Assembly: GCA_043803685.1 (NCBI GenBank)
Contig: JAZDJU010000010.1
Location: forward strand, 1-63,370
From: Candidatus Omnitrophota bacterium
Lineage (GTDB): Bacteria > Omnitrophota > Omnitrophia > Omnitrophales > Aquincolibacteriaceae
Direction of reading: 5' to 3'
DNA length: 63,370 nt
How positions within the stretch are numbered: position 1 is the stretch's first letter; each line of letters opens with the position of its first letter. The notes beneath the pieces were generated by a model. That model saw only the letters and a program-made list of their open reading frames with translations. It did no database searches and was not told the origin of the DNA. The translations under genes were made by a program, and so were the position numbers. Positions 49,206-60,246 of the stretch are shown here, piece by piece.

Positions 49206-49726
49206 TGGGACTTCTCTTCCGGATCTTTCTTGGCGATGATCACGGTTCCGATCAACGCGGCGATCAGGATGACCGAGATCACCTCGAACGGGAACACATA
49301 AGTCCCCATCAGGGCTTTGCCGAGTCCCATCACCGAAACCTTGGCTTTAAGCGCGGTCGGGGTTACGGGCCACGGGGTTTTCAGGATCAGACCTGTGAGC
49401 AGTACCACAAACCCTGCGAGGCCCGCGATCGCGAGCGGGCTTTGCGAATTATTCTGGCGGACGGTTTTCCCCATGAGATGCTCGGTGAGCATGATGGCGA
49501 AAATGACAAGTGTGACCACCGCGCCGACATAAAGAAGGATCTGGATCGCGGCAAGATATTCGGCCTGAAGGACTACGTAAAGGGCTGCGGTCCCGATCAA
49601 TGCCGCCGCGAGGCACAGCGCGCAGTGGAAAAGATTGCGTAGCGTGACCACGCCCAAGGCGAACACAAGGATCGCGGCCATCACGGCGTAGGTCCCGAAT
49701 TTCGCGGCTATTTCCAGGATCGGCAT
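49202..49726 (-). CDS. nuoJ: Complex I subunit J
   Basis: [19 protein letters not shown]. Confidence 0.93.
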   Translation of the reverse strand: MPILEIAAKFGTYAVMAAILVFALGVVTLRNLFHCALCLAAALIGTAALYVVLQAEYLAAIQILLYVGAVVTLVIFAIMLTEHLMGKTVRQNNSQSPLAIAGLAGFVVLLTGLILKTPWPVTPTALKAKVSVMGLGKALMGTYVFPFEVISVILIAALIGTVIIAKKDPEEKSQ

Positions 49727-49729
49727 CGC

Positions 49730-50902
49730 TTAGCTCTCCAAAGGATAATGACGCTGTTCAGGGATGAACGTGCTGTTGAGTTTGACCAAGCCCCACAGTG
49801 AAACCGCCAGAACCGGGATCGAGATCAGCCATCCCGTCAAGTGCGGTACGAAATGCCAAAGTCCGGTCAAAAGAATGTTGATGAGCGTGAGCGGCAGAAG
49901 GAATTTCCATGCGAATCCCATCAGATGGTCCACGCGGAACCTCGGGAACGTGCCCCGGAACCAGATCATCACGCAGATCAGGACGAATGTTTTTCCGAAG
50001 AACCAGAGCCATGAGGGAAGGAACGGACCCTGCCAACCGCCGAGGAAAAGTGTCGTCGCGATGCCGCAAAGCGTGAACGCGTTCATGTACTCGGCCATAT
50101 AAAAGAGAGCGAACTTCATGCCGCTGTATTCGGTATGAAAACCCGCCACAAGCTCCGATTCCGCTTCCGGAAGATCGAACGGCGGACGGTTGCATTCTGC
50201 CGTCGCGCAAAGAAAGAAAACGATGAATCCCACGATACCCCAGGGCGTAAAGATAAACCAGTGCAGGTCATAGTCGCCGGTCTGCGCGAGGACGATCGTG
50301 TTGGTCGCGAGACTTTGGCTCATCATAATGGCCGGGACGACGGCCAAGGTCATCGGGACTTCGTAGGAGATCATCTGGGCCGCTGTGCGCATTCCGCCCA
50401 AGAGTGAATATTTGTTCCGCGAAGCCCAGCTCCCCATGAAGATCGGAAGGATGGTGATGGATGAAACTGCGATGAAATAAAGAAGTCCGATATTCAGGTT
50501 GGATGCGGTCATGCGCTCGCCGAAAGGCACCACCAGGAAAAGCATGAGCGCGGGCACCACGATCGCGATGGGCGCGAGGAGATGAACGATCTTGTCGGCG
50601 TTCGCGGGGACAATGTCCTCTTTGGTGAACATCTTGATGCCGTCGGCGATGGGCTGTAAAAGCCCCCATTTGCCGACGCGGTTCGGGCCGTACCGGTTCT
50701 GGATGCGGCCGATCAGTTTTCGTTCAAGAAGCGTCAGGTACATCATGATCACCGGTCCCATGCACAGGATTGCGACGCCGCTGATCGTGATCGACGCGAG
50801 CACCACGATCCAATCGGGGAGGAATCGCCCCAGAAGGGCGAGGATCCACGCCTTGGCCGTTACGAAGATCATGTCGACGTAGAATTCGATGCCTCGGATC
50901 AT
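49730..50902 (-). CDS. nuoH: Complex I subunit H
   Basis: ERK..RIQNRYGPNRVG, PFDLPEAESELVAGFHTEYS. Confidence 0.96.
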   Translation of the reverse strand: MIRGIEFYVDMIFVTAKAWILALLGRFLPDWIVVLASITISGVAILCMGPVIMMYLTLLERKLIGRIQNRYGPNRVGKWGLLQPIADGIKMFTKEDIVPANADKIVHLLAPIAIVVPALMLFLVVPFGERMTASNLNIGLLYFIAVSSITILPIFMGSWASRNKYSLLGGMRTAAQMISYEVPMTLAVVPAIMMSQSLATNTIVLAQTGDYDLHWFIFTPWGIVGFIVFFLCATAECNRPPFDLPEAESELVAGFHTEYSGMKFALFYMAEYMNAFTLCGIATTLFLGGWQGPFLPSWLWFFGKTFVLICVMIWFRGTFPRFRVDHLMGFAWKFLLPLTLINILLTGLWHFVPHLTGWLISIPVLAVSLWGLVKLNSTFIPEQRHYPLES

Positions 50903-51492
50903 TGGGGCCCTTGTGCCGTAGTCTGCCCTTGCCCGCCAGCGCTTTGTGGCGGGGGCGGCGGAACAACCGCCTTTTTCTTTTCTTCTGCCGCCTTGCGTTT
51001 CTGGTCAATGGCGGAGGCCAGGGTCGGACGGACCTTCTTGAAATATTCGTTCGATTTCAAAAGCGCTTCCTTGTGGCGAACGAGACCTACTTGACGTTCT
51101 GGGGCCGTCACTTCAAAGGCATGGTCCATGAAGATCGAATCGAACGGGCAGACCTCTTCACACATGCCGCAGTTCATGCAAAGTCCGTAATCCACATCGA
51201 AGACTGCAGGTTTTCGCGTCGGCTTGCCTGCGGCATCGATTGCCATCTCAATATGAATACATTTGGTCGGGCATTCCCGCTCGCAGATCCCGCACGCCAC
51301 GCAGCGGATCTTCTCTGCGGAGCCGTCATGAACAAGAAAAGGGAAGTTCCTGAAATTCTCGACCGCTTTTTCGCGTTCCTCCGGGTACTGGACCGTGAAG
51401 ATCCCGCCCTCGTCCAGTTTCCGGAAATAAGAGGTCAGGAAATTCTTGAACGTGACCCCCATGCCTTTGAGCACTCCCATACCGAAGATCAT
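50899..51492 (-). CDS. nuoI: Complex I subunit I (2x[4Fe-4S])
   Basis: [31 protein letters not shown]. The start overlaps the nuoD stop. Confidence 0.93.
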   Translation of the reverse strand: MIFGMGVLKGMGVTFKNFLTSYFRKLDEGGIFTVQYPEEREKAVENFRNFPFLVHDGSAEKIRCVACGICERECPTKCIHIEMAIDAAGKPTRKPAVFDVDYGLCMNCGMCEEVCPFDSIFMDHAFEVTAPERQVGLVRHKEALLKSNEYFKKVRPTLASAIDQKRKAAEEKKKAVVPPPPPQSAGGQGQTTAQGPQ

Positions 51493-52637
51493 CGGTCTGT
51501 CTCCCCGAGCACGATGTCGATGCTTCCGAGAATGATGATCGCGTCGGCGATCTTCTGGCCGAGGCACATTTCCTCAAGTACGGTCAGATTGATGAGGGAC
51601 GGGGCGCGCACATGGTAGCGCCACGGCTGAGGCGTGCCATCGCTGACAAGATAGAATCCGAGCTCGCCTTTCGGCGATTCAACGCGGGCATAGGCTTCCC
51701 CCACCGGCGGCTTGAAACTGCGGGGGTTCTTGAGCGTCGGGGCCGCTTTTTTGTTCACGATCTCGCCTTGCGGGATCTTGGTGAGGGCCTGGTCGAGGAT
51801 TTTCAGGCTCTCGCGGATCTCAAGCACGCGGACATAAAAACGGTCATACACATCGCCTTTTTGCCCGAGCGGGATCTTGAAATCGAAAAGTTTGTAGAGG
51901 CTGTAGCCATCGACTTTCCGGATATCATAATTCACGCCCGAGGCGCGGAGCACGGGGCCGGTGATGCCGGCGTTCGTGGCTGTTTCTCCGGACAGAATGC
52001 CAACATTCTGACAGCGCATGCAAAGGATCTCGTTTTTCGTAAGGAGATCCTCGAATTCCTTGAGGAATGCCGGGAATTTCGCGACGATCTTCCGGATCGC
52101 GGCGAGATCCTCATTCGCGAGGTCGCGTTTGACGCCGCCGAAGCGGAAATAATTATTCATCAGGCGTGAACCCGTGATCGATTCAAAAAGGTCGAGGATC
52201 CTTTCCCGTTCGCGGAAGGCGTAGAGGAGGGGCGTGAAAAAAGCGCCGAGGTCGTTTAACATGAAACCGATCACCGTGATGTGGTTCACGATGCGCGCCA
52301 GTTCTGCCATGATGATGCGTAAATACTCCGCTCGTTCGGGAACCTCGATCGCCGCGAGTTTCTCCACCGCGAGTACGTAGCCGAAATTGTTCGCGAGGGC
52401 GTTCACATAATCGAGCCGGTCCGTGTAAGGCAGGATCGCCGCGTAGGGAAGGTTCTCCGCGATCTGCTCATGGTTCCGGTGCAGATAGCCGAAGACCGGC
52501 TTCAACCCGCAGATCTTTTCGCCCTCCAGCTGCACCGTCATCCTGAAAACGCCGTGGGTCGACGGATGCTGAGGTCCGAAATTGATCTCGAGGAGCGAGG
52601 CATTATCTGTATTTTTCAAATCAAGAGTCTGTTTCAT
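51489..52637 (-). CDS. nuoD: Complex I subunit D
   Basis: [39 protein letters not shown]. No NiFe CxxC motifs. Confidence 0.96.
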   Translation of the reverse strand: MKQTLDLKNTDNASLLEINFGPQHPSTHGVFRMTVQLEGEKICGLKPVFGYLHRNHEQIAENLPYAAILPYTDRLDYVNALANNFGYVLAVEKLAAIEVPERAEYLRIIMAELARIVNHITVIGFMLNDLGAFFTPLLYAFRERERILDLFESITGSRLMNNYFRFGGVKRDLANEDLAAIRKIVAKFPAFLKEFEDLLTKNEILCMRCQNVGILSGETATNAGITGPVLRASGVNYDIRKVDGYSLYKLFDFKIPLGQKGDVYDRFYVRVLEIRESLKILDQALTKIPQGEIVNKKAAPTLKNPRSFKPPVGEAYARVESPKGELGFYLVSDGTPQPWRYHVRAPSLINLTVLEEMCLGQKIADAIIILGSIDIVLGETDR

Positions 52638-52748
52638 GAGCCCATCTATTTTTCAACGATAGTTAAACAGCTTTTTCCATGTTTCGAGGGGAACGGTGAA
52701 CGGGAAACGCAAAGCTGTTTCGTTCAACGTTACCCGTTTTCCGCGAGC

Positions 52749-53336
52749 TCAGCTCCGCGGTTTTTCCGGTTTCCCGGCGATCGCGCGCCGATTCGCGGCC
52801 GCGAGTTCTTTGGCTTTCGCCTTCATTTCGTCCGGGACTTGAACCCCGCGAGCTTCGAGCCACGCGACGTCCGCGGTTTCCAGAATCTCTGTATCTTCCT
52901 GTTCGTAATCCTTGCGGAGGGGAGATCCCTGAAACTCATCCCACATAAAAAGCCGGCGAAGATCGGGATGTCCTTCATAAATAATGCCAAACGTGTCAAA
53001 GGCTTCGCGTTCCTGGAGTCCGGCGCTCAGGTACACCTGCACAAGGGAAGGAACCCGCGCGTTATTTTTTGTAACGCGGACTCGGAGTACGACCGGGCCC
53101 TGTTTTTTTGCCATCGAATACAGATGATAAACCGATTCCAAATAGGTCAGATAATCTGCCCCTGTCACGGAGGAGAGATAATCCAGGAGGAATTTCGGGC
53201 TTTCCTTCAAAAAGAGAGCAACCCTCGGGAGATCCTTCGGATCTTCAAGTAAGATAGAGTCCCGGACAGGGCGGAGTTTGACGTCCGGCAAGCGTGTCTC
53301 GAGCTCTTTTTTGACTTCCTCTATAGAGATAACCAT
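52749..53336 (-). CDS. nuoC: Complex I subunit C
   Basis: EREAFDTFGIIYEGHPDLRR, PLRKDY. Confidence 0.94.
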   Translation of the reverse strand: MVISIEEVKKELETRLPDVKLRPVRDSILLEDPKDLPRVALFLKESPKFLLDYLSSVTGADYLTYLESVYHLYSMAKKQGPVVLRVRVTKNNARVPSLVQVYLSAGLQEREAFDTFGIIYEGHPDLRRLFMWDEFQGSPLRKDYEQEDTEILETADVAWLEARGVQVPDEMKAKAKELAAANRRAIAGKPEKPRS

Positions 53337-53337
53337 A

Positions 53338-54069
53338 TTAGGTGGCGACTCCGGGCGCGGCAGGCTTAGCGGCTGGGACAAGTTCCAGGTCCGGGGCTTT
53401 TTGTTTCTTTCCGACGAGGATCGTTTGTCCGTAATGTTCCGTGCGGGGGTCTTTCTTGGATGGTTGCCAAACCTCCGGATTGAATTTCGGGATGAGCCCG
53501 TGGGGCCCAAGCTCAGGCACCGGAAATTCCCGTTTCAGGCCTTTTTGATACCACTCCGCTTTCAGGATCTCCTGCGAGGCGATCTTTTTCTGAAGCTCCA
53601 TAAGGCCGTGGAGTAATGCCTCGGGACGTGGGGGACACCCGGGAAGATGGACATCGACCGGGATGTAGCGATCGATCCCGCGCAAAACGTTGTAACCGTC
53701 GATAAAAGGTCCGCCCGAGATCGCGCATGCGCCCATGGTGAGCACGTATTTGGGTTCGGGCATCTGATTGTAGAGGCGGACGACCTGGGGAGCCATTTTC
53801 TTGGTGACGGTTCCGGAGATGATCATGAGGTCGGCCTGGCGCGGTGACGCGCGAAAAAGCTCCGCGCCAAACCGGGCAATATCATAGCGGGCGCAGGCCG
53901 CGGCGATCATCTCGAACGCGCAACAGGCGAGGCCGAACTGCATGGGCCAGATCGAGGATCGGCGACCCCAATTGTAGAGGAAATCGAGGCTTGTCCAGAG
54001 CACGCCTTTTTGGGCGAGTTCCGCACGAAGCGAGCCGTCCTCTTGAGAGATGTTCTTTGTGAAAGCCAT
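53338..54069 (-). CDS. nuoB: Complex I subunit B
   Basis: [28 protein letters not shown]. Confidence 0.96.
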   Translation of the reverse strand: MAFTKNISQEDGSLRAELAQKGVLWTSLDFLYNWGRRSSIWPMQFGLACCAFEMIAAACARYDIARFGAELFRASPRQADLMIISGTVTKKMAPQVVRLYNQMPEPKYVLTMGACAISGGPFIDGYNVLRGIDRYIPVDVHLPGCPPRPEALLHGLMELQKKIASQEILKAEWYQKGLKREFPVPELGPHGLIPKFNPEVWQPSKKDPRTEHYGQTILVGKKQKAPDLELVPAAKPAAPGVAT

Positions 54070-54085
54070 AGGATTCCTTAGGATC

Positions 54086-54457
54086 TTATTCCCATTCGAG
54101 CATTTTCTTTTTCCAGGCATAAACGAGGCCAAAAGCGAGGATGGCAATGAAAATGACCATTTCCACGAAGGCGAAAAGCCCGAGTTTCTTAAAGGCCACC
54201 GCCCAGGGGTAGATAAAGACCGTTTCGATGTCAAAAATGACGAAAATCAGGGCGAAAAGGTAATATTGCACATGATATTGCATCCAGGGGTCGCCTTTGG
54301 AGGCCAGGCCGCATTCGTAAGTCGCCTGTTTCTCGGCCGAGGGCTTCCGGGGTGCCAGGAACCAGGCCAGGACGAGGGGGATCGCGGCGAAAATAAGCGC
54401 GAAAACGAAGAAAATGCCGACAAAAAGGTACTGATAGAAATAGGAGGTGCTAGACAT
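54086..54457 (-). CDS. nuoA: Complex I subunit A
   Basis: [26 protein letters not shown]. Confidence 0.95.
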   Translation of the reverse strand: MSSTSYFYQYLFVGIFFVFALIFAAIPLVLAWFLAPRKPSAEKQATYECGLASKGDPWMQYHVQYYLFALIFVIFDIETVFIYPWAVAFKKLGLFAFVEMVIFIAILAFGLVYAWKKKMLEWE

Positions 54458-54618
54458 AGGCGGGTATTATAAGGACAAAGGTTTTCAAGTCAATTAAGAT
54501 AAGAACCTGGGAATGGTCCGGGGCGCCTTCCTTATATAAATAGATTTCCCCGGGTAAATTGCTTGGGTACAATGGGGCCTGGTTTTACTGGCGAACTTTG
54601 CAGTACCCGTAAGTTTTT

Positions 54619-54700
54619 CTCCTCTCCCTTTGGGAGAGGCCGGGTGAGGGGGGGGGCGTCCACGCCCTCTTATCCTCACCTTCTCCCCAAGGGAGAAGGA
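54619..54700. repeat. REP-like composite palindrome (CCTCTCCC...GGGAGAGG...GGGTGAGG family)
   Basis: cctctccctttgggagagg-ccgggtgagg ... cctcacc-ttctccccaagggagaagg. Confidence 0.7.
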
Positions 54701-54732
54701 ACCCTTTGTATGTTTTTTAGGAAAGGAAAACT

Positions 54733-55140
54733 ATGGAAACAATAGAAGTCGGTTGCGCGATCATTCACCGGAATGGGCAGCTTTTGATCGCCCAGCGTCG
54801 TCTTGACGATAGCTTTGGCGGTTATTGGGAGTTTCCGGGTGGCAAGCGCGAAAAGGACGAGACGATCGAAGATTGCCTCGCGCGCGAAGCCTCCGAAGAG
54901 CTTGGGATCGAGATCTTTCCGGAGAAGCTTCTTTGTAACAGGGTGCATGGAACTTCGGAGAGGAAGATCTCTCTTTTTTTCTATTTTTGCAAATGGATGA
55001 GCGGAGAACCCCGGACGATCGATTGCAAGGATTTCAAGTGGGTCACCCGCGAGGATATCCGCCGCTATACCCTGCTTCCGGGAGATCTTGAGGTGCTCGA
55101 GGATCTGGTCCTTCATTGGGAGAAATATTTCAAATCCTGA
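54733..55140 (+). CDS. MutT-like NUDIX hydrolase
   Basis: WEFPGGK..DE....CLAREASEELGI Nudix box. Confidence 0.92.
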   Translation: METIEVGCAIIHRNGQLLIAQRRLDDSFGGYWEFPGGKREKDETIEDCLAREASEELGIEIFPEKLLCNRVHGTSERKISLFFYFCKWMSGEPRTIDCKDFKWVTREDIRRYTLLPGDLEVLEDLVLHWEKYFKS

Positions 55141-55287
55141 TGAATTGTGGCCGATAATAGGGGCGGTGTTTGAATGGTATTTCGTTAGGAATCATCGCTG
55201 AGAGTTTAAATGAGTCATGTTTCTTGGGATCGCAACCTGGATCTCCAAGAAAGTGGCCGGACGTCTGGAGAGACTTTGAAGAACACA

Positions 55288-57117
55288 ATGCCGAAAAATC
55301 ACGGAGCTTCCGAGCACCCGGAGGGATCGTTCCGGCGGCAGTTCTGGCGTGTGCCCCTCCGCTATAAAGTATCGATCCCGGTGTTGTTCCTCATGCTCGG
55401 GATCGTCTTTTTTGTGCTTCTCACGACTTTCAATGTTTTCCGGGACATGATGATCAAAGCCAAGGAGGAGCGGCTTCGGACCATCGCATGGATCTTTTCC
55501 GAGACCCTCAGGATCCCGCTCGAGGCGGGGGACCGGCGTTCTCTGCAGGCCTATGTCCAGCTTCTCAGCGAACAATCCGATGTGGGGGAGGTCCGCGTAG
55601 AGGATGCCCACGGAAAGATCCTCGGCAGCAGTCCGTCCGGGGGTGAGGCTATTCTGGGTCTTTTTTACAAAAAGGATTCTCTCGGGGTCGAAAGGATCGA
55701 TCCGAACACGTACGCGACCATCGCGCCGATTGTGAGCCAGAAAAAGCAAATGATCGGGCGTCTGATCATTGTTTTTTCCAAGATGGAATTTGAAAAAGAG
55801 CTCCAAAAGATCTTTGCCGAAAAGTTTTTTGTCGCATTTCTTCTGGTGATTATCGTAACCCTTGTGATCACCGGGATCACCTGGTGGGTCATGCGCCCCT
55901 TGACCGCGCTCCAAAAGACCGCGCGCAACATTCTCGCGGGGGACCTGGAGGCTCGGGCTTTCATTCATTCCAAAGACGAGATCCAGGAGGTTGGCGAGGC
56001 GTTCAACAAAGTGGTGGGCCGCCTTGTGCAAAGCTTCGATCATTTGCAGGCGCGCAGCCGGGCCCTCGAAGAGTCCGAGGAAAAGTACCGCTCGATCGTC
56101 AATGACGTGAGCGATATCATCTTCTCCATCACTCCCGAAGGGGAGCTGTTGATCCTCAATCGCGGTTTCTCGGGATATGCGCGTGAGGAGATCCTTGCGG
56201 AGGGACTTTCGCTTTTCTTTCATATGCACGCGCCGGGAGAGGCTCAAAAATTCCAGGAATCGCTCGAGGTGATCGTCCGGACCAAGAAACCCGTGGAACA
56301 TTTGAATACCAAGCATATTCACCGGCTCCATCAGGCGGAGATCTATTACCAGACGAACCTCACGCCGGTCGTGAACTATGAAGGGAATCTTCGTCTTATC
56401 CAGGGTGTCATGCGTGACATCACGGACCTTCGTCGCGTGGAGTTGATGAAAGAAACGCTCATCCGTGACGTGGCTCACGAGCTCAAGACTCCCACGGCCA
56501 AATTTATCATGATGACGCAGTTGCTTGCCCGGCAGATCGCGAACAATCCCGAGAAGGAGAAATTACTGCCGATGGTCAACATGCTCAGCGATAACGCGGA
56601 CCGCTTGATGCGCACCATTTCAAGTATCATGGACCTCTCCAAAGTGGAATCCGGGATGTCCGACATTAAAAAACAGGAGTTGGACCTGAACGACGTAATT
56701 AAGCTCGTGGTCCAGGATATGCATCCGTTGGTGGAGCAGCATCATCTGAAGCTTGAGACGCGGCTTTCCCAGGTCCCTCTCAAAATGTTCGGGGATCCGG
56801 ACATGCTTTACCGGGTGTTCGTCAATCTTGTCACGAATGCCGCGAAATTCACCCCCGATGGGCGGATCACGATCACTTCCTCGGTCCGGGGGGACGATGT
56901 GTTCGCGGAGGTGGCGGACACCGGGATCGGGATCGAGCCTGAGAACCTCCAAAAGATCTTCGAAGCATTCTTCCAGAAAACCCCCTCCACGCTCGGGATC
57001 GGTGTCGGTCTCACCATTTCCAAAGAGATCGTGGCCTTGCACGAAGGGGAGATCTGGGTTGAAAGTGAAGGCGCCGGTCGCGGCAGTGTTTTCAAAGTGG
57101 CTTTTCCGTCCTGTTGA
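55288..57117 (+). CDS. Sensor histidine kinase (TM, HAMP, PAS, HisKA, HATPase)
   Basis: RPL..L HAMP with DEI, RDIT, AHELKTP, NLVTNAAKF, DTGIGI. Start uncertain (55210 or 55288). Confidence 0.93.
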   Translation: MPKNHGASEHPEGSFRRQFWRVPLRYKVSIPVLFLMLGIVFFVLLTTFNVFRDMMIKAKEERLRTIAWIFSETLRIPLEAGDRRSLQAYVQLLSEQSDVGEVRVEDAHGKILGSSPSGGEAILGLFYKKDSLGVERIDPNTYATIAPIVSQKKQMIGRLIIVFSKMEFEKELQKIFAEKFFVAFLLVIIVTLVITGITWWVMRPLTALQKTARNILAGDLEARAFIHSKDEIQEVGEAFNKVVGRLVQSFDHLQARSRALEESEEKYRSIVNDVSDIIFSITPEGELLILNRGFSGYAREEILAEGLSLFFHMHAPGEAQKFQESLEVIVRTKKPVEHLNTKHIHRLHQAEIYYQTNLTPVVNYEGNLRLIQGVMRDITDLRRVELMKETLIRDVAHELKTPTAKFIMMTQLLARQIANNPEKEKLLPMVNMLSDNADRLMRTISSIMDLSKVESGMSDIKKQELDLNDVIKLVVQDMHPLVEQHHLKLETRLSQVPLKMFGDPDMLYRVFVNLVTNAAKFTPDGRITITSSVRGDDVFAEVADTGIGIEPENLQKIFEAFFQKTPSTLGIGVGLTISKEIVALHEGEIWVESEGAGRGSVFKVAFPSC

Positions 57118-57146
57118 TCTCTTAAAAACAATCATGGTGGAGCCTT

Positions 57147-57506
57147 ATGAAAAAAATATTGATCGTGGAAGATGACAGTGATTTTCAAGATATCTATCAG
57201 CTTTACCTTCAGGGAGAGTCTTTTCAGGTCCTGACCGCGATGAACGGCAAAGAAGCCATCGCCGTTCTTGAAAAGGAAACGCCGGATCTTATTGTCCTGG
57301 ACTTGATCATGCCGGTCATGGATGGAGGAGAGTTCTACTCGTGGTTACGGAGCCAGGAAAAAGGGCGCTCCATTCCCGTGATCATCGCAAGCGTTAATGA
57401 TAAGTTTCCGCAGAGCGTGACGGACCTCGGCGGCGTGGCCGGGAATCTGAAAAAACCGTTCCGGATCGAGGCGCTGATCGAAATGGTTCGCGCGAATTTG
57501 AAGTGA
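57147..57506 (+). CDS. Single-domain response regulator
   Basis: ILIVEDD, DLIVLDLIMPVMDG, LKKPF. Confidence 0.94.
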   Translation: MKKILIVEDDSDFQDIYQLYLQGESFQVLTAMNGKEAIAVLEKETPDLIVLDLIMPVMDGGEFYSWLRSQEKGRSIPVIIASVNDKFPQSVTDLGGVAGNLKKPFRIEALIEMVRANLK

Positions 57507-57553
57507 CCCCGGGTCCGGCGTAGCGGCTATCAAAATGGAGCAAAGGACATTTT

Positions 57554-58687
57554 ATGACAAGTGATCCCGAAAAACTTTATCAAGCGACACATGAGATCGG
57601 CCGCGTTTATGACGCGATCACAGACAGTAAGGTTCTGATCGATTTTTTTCTGATGACAACGTCCCGGTTCATTCCCGCGAGGCAGAACTATCTGTTCCTC
57701 GCGACCCAGAACAAGACCCTTTTGATGGAATCCTCCGTTCCCCCCGTCGCAGAGATTCCGGGGGATATCGCGGCGGTGGCGCAGAAAGTCCTGGGGGAGG
57801 GAAAACCTGTGGCGTTGAAGAACCAGATGTTCCTTCCCTTGATCGCCCGGAATAGTGTGATGGGCGTCGTGTGTCTTGAGAGGGCTTCCGAGTCTCCCTC
57901 GTTCTCCTCCCAGGAGGTCGAGATCGGTTTCGATCTTGCTTCGGAATTTTCCGGCGCGCTGAAGAATATCCTGCTTTTTGAAGAGAATCTGAAGATGGAG
58001 CGTCTGGCCGCGGTCGGTCAGGCGATGGGCATGGTGGTCCATGAGATCAAGAACATCATGCAACTCGCGCGTTTCTCCGACGAGATGATCCGCATGGGGC
58101 TCAAGGAAAAGAACGAGAAATTTCTTTCGACCGGGCTTGCGAAAATGGGGAAGACCTTGAAGGAAATGGACGGGTTCATCTGGGAAATGCTGAGTCTGAC
58201 GAAAGATTATCAGCTGGAGCCCGAAAAAATGGATATCGCGGCGATCCTTGCGGAATTGCAGGACGATCTTCAGGAGCGGGCCACGGGGCATAAGATCCGC
58301 CTTGATTTTAAGGCCGATCCGGATTTTCCGGCCGTGGAAGGGGATGGCCGTTCGCTTTACCGGGCGCTTCTCAATCTGGTCAAGAACGCTTTCGAAGCTT
58401 TTCATGAGGTCCAGAACGCTTGTGTCAGGATCGGCGCCCGGATCAAGGACGAGGATCATTACGAATTAGTGGTCGAAGACAATGCTTCCGGAATGACGGA
58501 GGAAGTGAAGGCCAAGCTTTTCGAGTCATTTTTTTCCACCAAAGGAAAGCGCGGGACGGGACTCGGGTTGATGGTTGTGGCCCGTACCGCGAAAATGCAC
58601 CAAGGCGTCGTGACGGTTGAGAGCCAGCTTGGCGTTGGCACAAAATTCATTCTGACACTCCGGCGTTCATTCCCCAAAACGTCCTGA
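57554..58687 (+). CDS. Cytoplasmic GAF-like sensor histidine kinase
   Basis: VHEIKN, NLVKNA, EDNASGM, FFSTK..GTGLGL. Confidence 0.92.
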   Translation: MTSDPEKLYQATHEIGRVYDAITDSKVLIDFFLMTTSRFIPARQNYLFLATQNKTLLMESSVPPVAEIPGDIAAVAQKVLGEGKPVALKNQMFLPLIARNSVMGVVCLERASESPSFSSQEVEIGFDLASEFSGALKNILLFEENLKMERLAAVGQAMGMVVHEIKNIMQLARFSDEMIRMGLKEKNEKFLSTGLAKMGKTLKEMDGFIWEMLSLTKDYQLEPEKMDIAAILAELQDDLQERATGHKIRLDFKADPDFPAVEGDGRSLYRALLNLVKNAFEAFHEVQNACVRIGARIKDEDHYELVVEDNASGMTEEVKAKLFESFFSTKGKRGTGLGLMVVARTAKMHQGVVTVESQLGVGTKFILTLRRSFPKTS

Positions 58688-58724
58688 CCTTAGCTTTTTT
58701 ATAATCCCATAAAGGAAAATCATC

Positions 58725-59558
58725 ATGAGTGAACGTAAGAACATCGGATTGTTAACTTCTTTCACGAGCGAGATCTTCAAAGGAGAGTACTTCGTCAAGA
58801 TCATTACCGGCGTAATCAACGCTTTCTGGAATTCCCCTTATCAAATGAAATTGATCACGGTGCGGGAGGGAGAAGATCCCAAGACCAAGCTTGCGGAAGA
58901 ACCGGTGGAGGGACTGCTGTTCCTGACGTGGACGATCCACAAGCCTTTTCTCGAGGAAGCCCGGAAGGCCGGGATCCCCACGGTCGTCATCAATGATTTT
59001 GAACCGGATTTCACCGGAAACATCATCTATGGAGACAATCGTTCGGGAGTGGAGCAGAGCTTGCAGCATTTAAAGAACACCGGACGCGTCAAGGTCGGTA
59101 TGCTCCAGGCTCCCGATGACGCCTCGATCGATTCGCGCGAAAGGTACAAGCTCTGGCAGGAATTGCTGGGGCGGTATGAACTCACGGCTGATCCGGCGCA
59201 TTACCGCAAGTGTGAATACTATTTTGAGGAGGACGGCTATCTCAAAATGATGGATATCCTCCAGAACAATAAGACCCTGCCGCAGGCCATGCTTTGCTTT
59301 AACGATGATATCGCTCTCGGAGCCCTAAGGGCTTTGAAAGAAAGCTGGATCATGTGTCCCGGACAGGTGGCGGTGATCGGGTACGACGGAATCTTGAAGG
59401 GGAAAACCGTCGAGCCTTCCCTGACCACGGTCAGTCAGCCTTTGGAGCTTATGGGTGCTGAAATGGTCAAGACGGTCGTGGGCTTAATAGAAGGAACCCT
59501 CAAGGAACCCGTCCAGAAAAAATTCGCGCCCGAGCTCGTGATCCGGCGTTCCTGCTAA
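58725..59558 (+). CDS. LacI/GalR-family ligand-binding domain protein lacking the HTH
   Basis: DN..G, CFNDDIALGAL, VAVIGYDG, PSLTTVSQP, PELVIRRSC. The ORF starts directly at the core domain behind RBS aaagga. Confidence 0.85.
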   Translation: MSERKNIGLLTSFTSEIFKGEYFVKIITGVINAFWNSPYQMKLITVREGEDPKTKLAEEPVEGLLFLTWTIHKPFLEEARKAGIPTVVINDFEPDFTGNIIYGDNRSGVEQSLQHLKNTGRVKVGMLQAPDDASIDSRERYKLWQELLGRYELTADPAHYRKCEYYFEEDGYLKMMDILQNNKTLPQAMLCFNDDIALGALRALKESWIMCPGQVAVIGYDGILKGKTVEPSLTTVSQPLELMGAEMVKTVVGLIEGTLKEPVQKKFAPELVIRRSC

Positions 59559-59631
59559 TAACCGGACGCCGTCCGGTCTACAAGGCCCGTATCAAGGGCG
59601 CCTGGTTTTCCAAAGAGAAACAACTAGGAGA

Positions 59632-60159
59632 GTGAAGAATATGAAGTATGCAGAGCTGCAAATGTTAATCATCGCCGCTGTAATTGTGTCAGGATTGTCA
59701 TCTCTAACCGTATGGTTCCTAAATACGGTTGTTGGAATTTCTTTTGGGATACCTGTGTCTTGGACGTGGCTTTTAATAGAATCTTTTCTAGAGAAAGGTC
59801 TGGCGACCGCGATATTCCTAACGGTCATTGTGCATGCAATGCTTTTTATTTTGATCAACAGTTATTATTTACTCCCCATCGTTGTGAGTCGTAGGCTGGC
59901 AATTGGCAGAGTGATTTTTTTTACTATCTTTCTCTCGTCGCTGTTTTATTATTTTTTTAATGTAAAATTAGCATTTCAGTATCATAAAAAAGAAGAATTG
60001 GTTATTTTTGCCGCAGCTTCAGTAATATCTTATGCGTTTTGCTTTTTTTTGTTGTTTAGAAAGCCTTGTTCCGCGGAACGTAATCTTCTTCTGATAAATA
60101 GTTTGGTGTTTTTCAACATCATCATATTCTTCTTTCCTTGGCTTGGAGCATTAGTCTGA
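59632..60159 (+). CDS. AT-rich multi-TM hypothetical protein
   Basis: 175-aa ORF with about 5 hydrophobic segments, RBS aggag, markedly lower GC than its neighbours. Confidence 0.7.
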   Translation: MKNMKYAELQMLIIAAVIVSGLSSLTVWFLNTVVGISFGIPVSWTWLLIESFLEKGLATAIFLTVIVHAMLFILINSYYLLPIVVSRRLAIGRVIFFTIFLSSLFYYFFNVKLAFQYHKKEELVIFAAASVISYAFCFFLLFRKPCSAERNLLLINSLVFFNIIIFFFPWLGALV

Positions 60160-60246
60160 GAGTGCGAAGACGGGACGCCGTCCGGTTAACAGGTTCAGGA
60201 GGGGAAGCTCAGGACGTAGAAAACGCGCCTCGCTTTCATTTATAAT

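Noticed and set aside
51489..54069. Group 4 [NiFe]-hydrogenase interpretation of the nuo-like cluster
   Set aside because: The large subunit lacks both CxxC nickel-binding motifs and has NuoD signatures, and nuoA is present.
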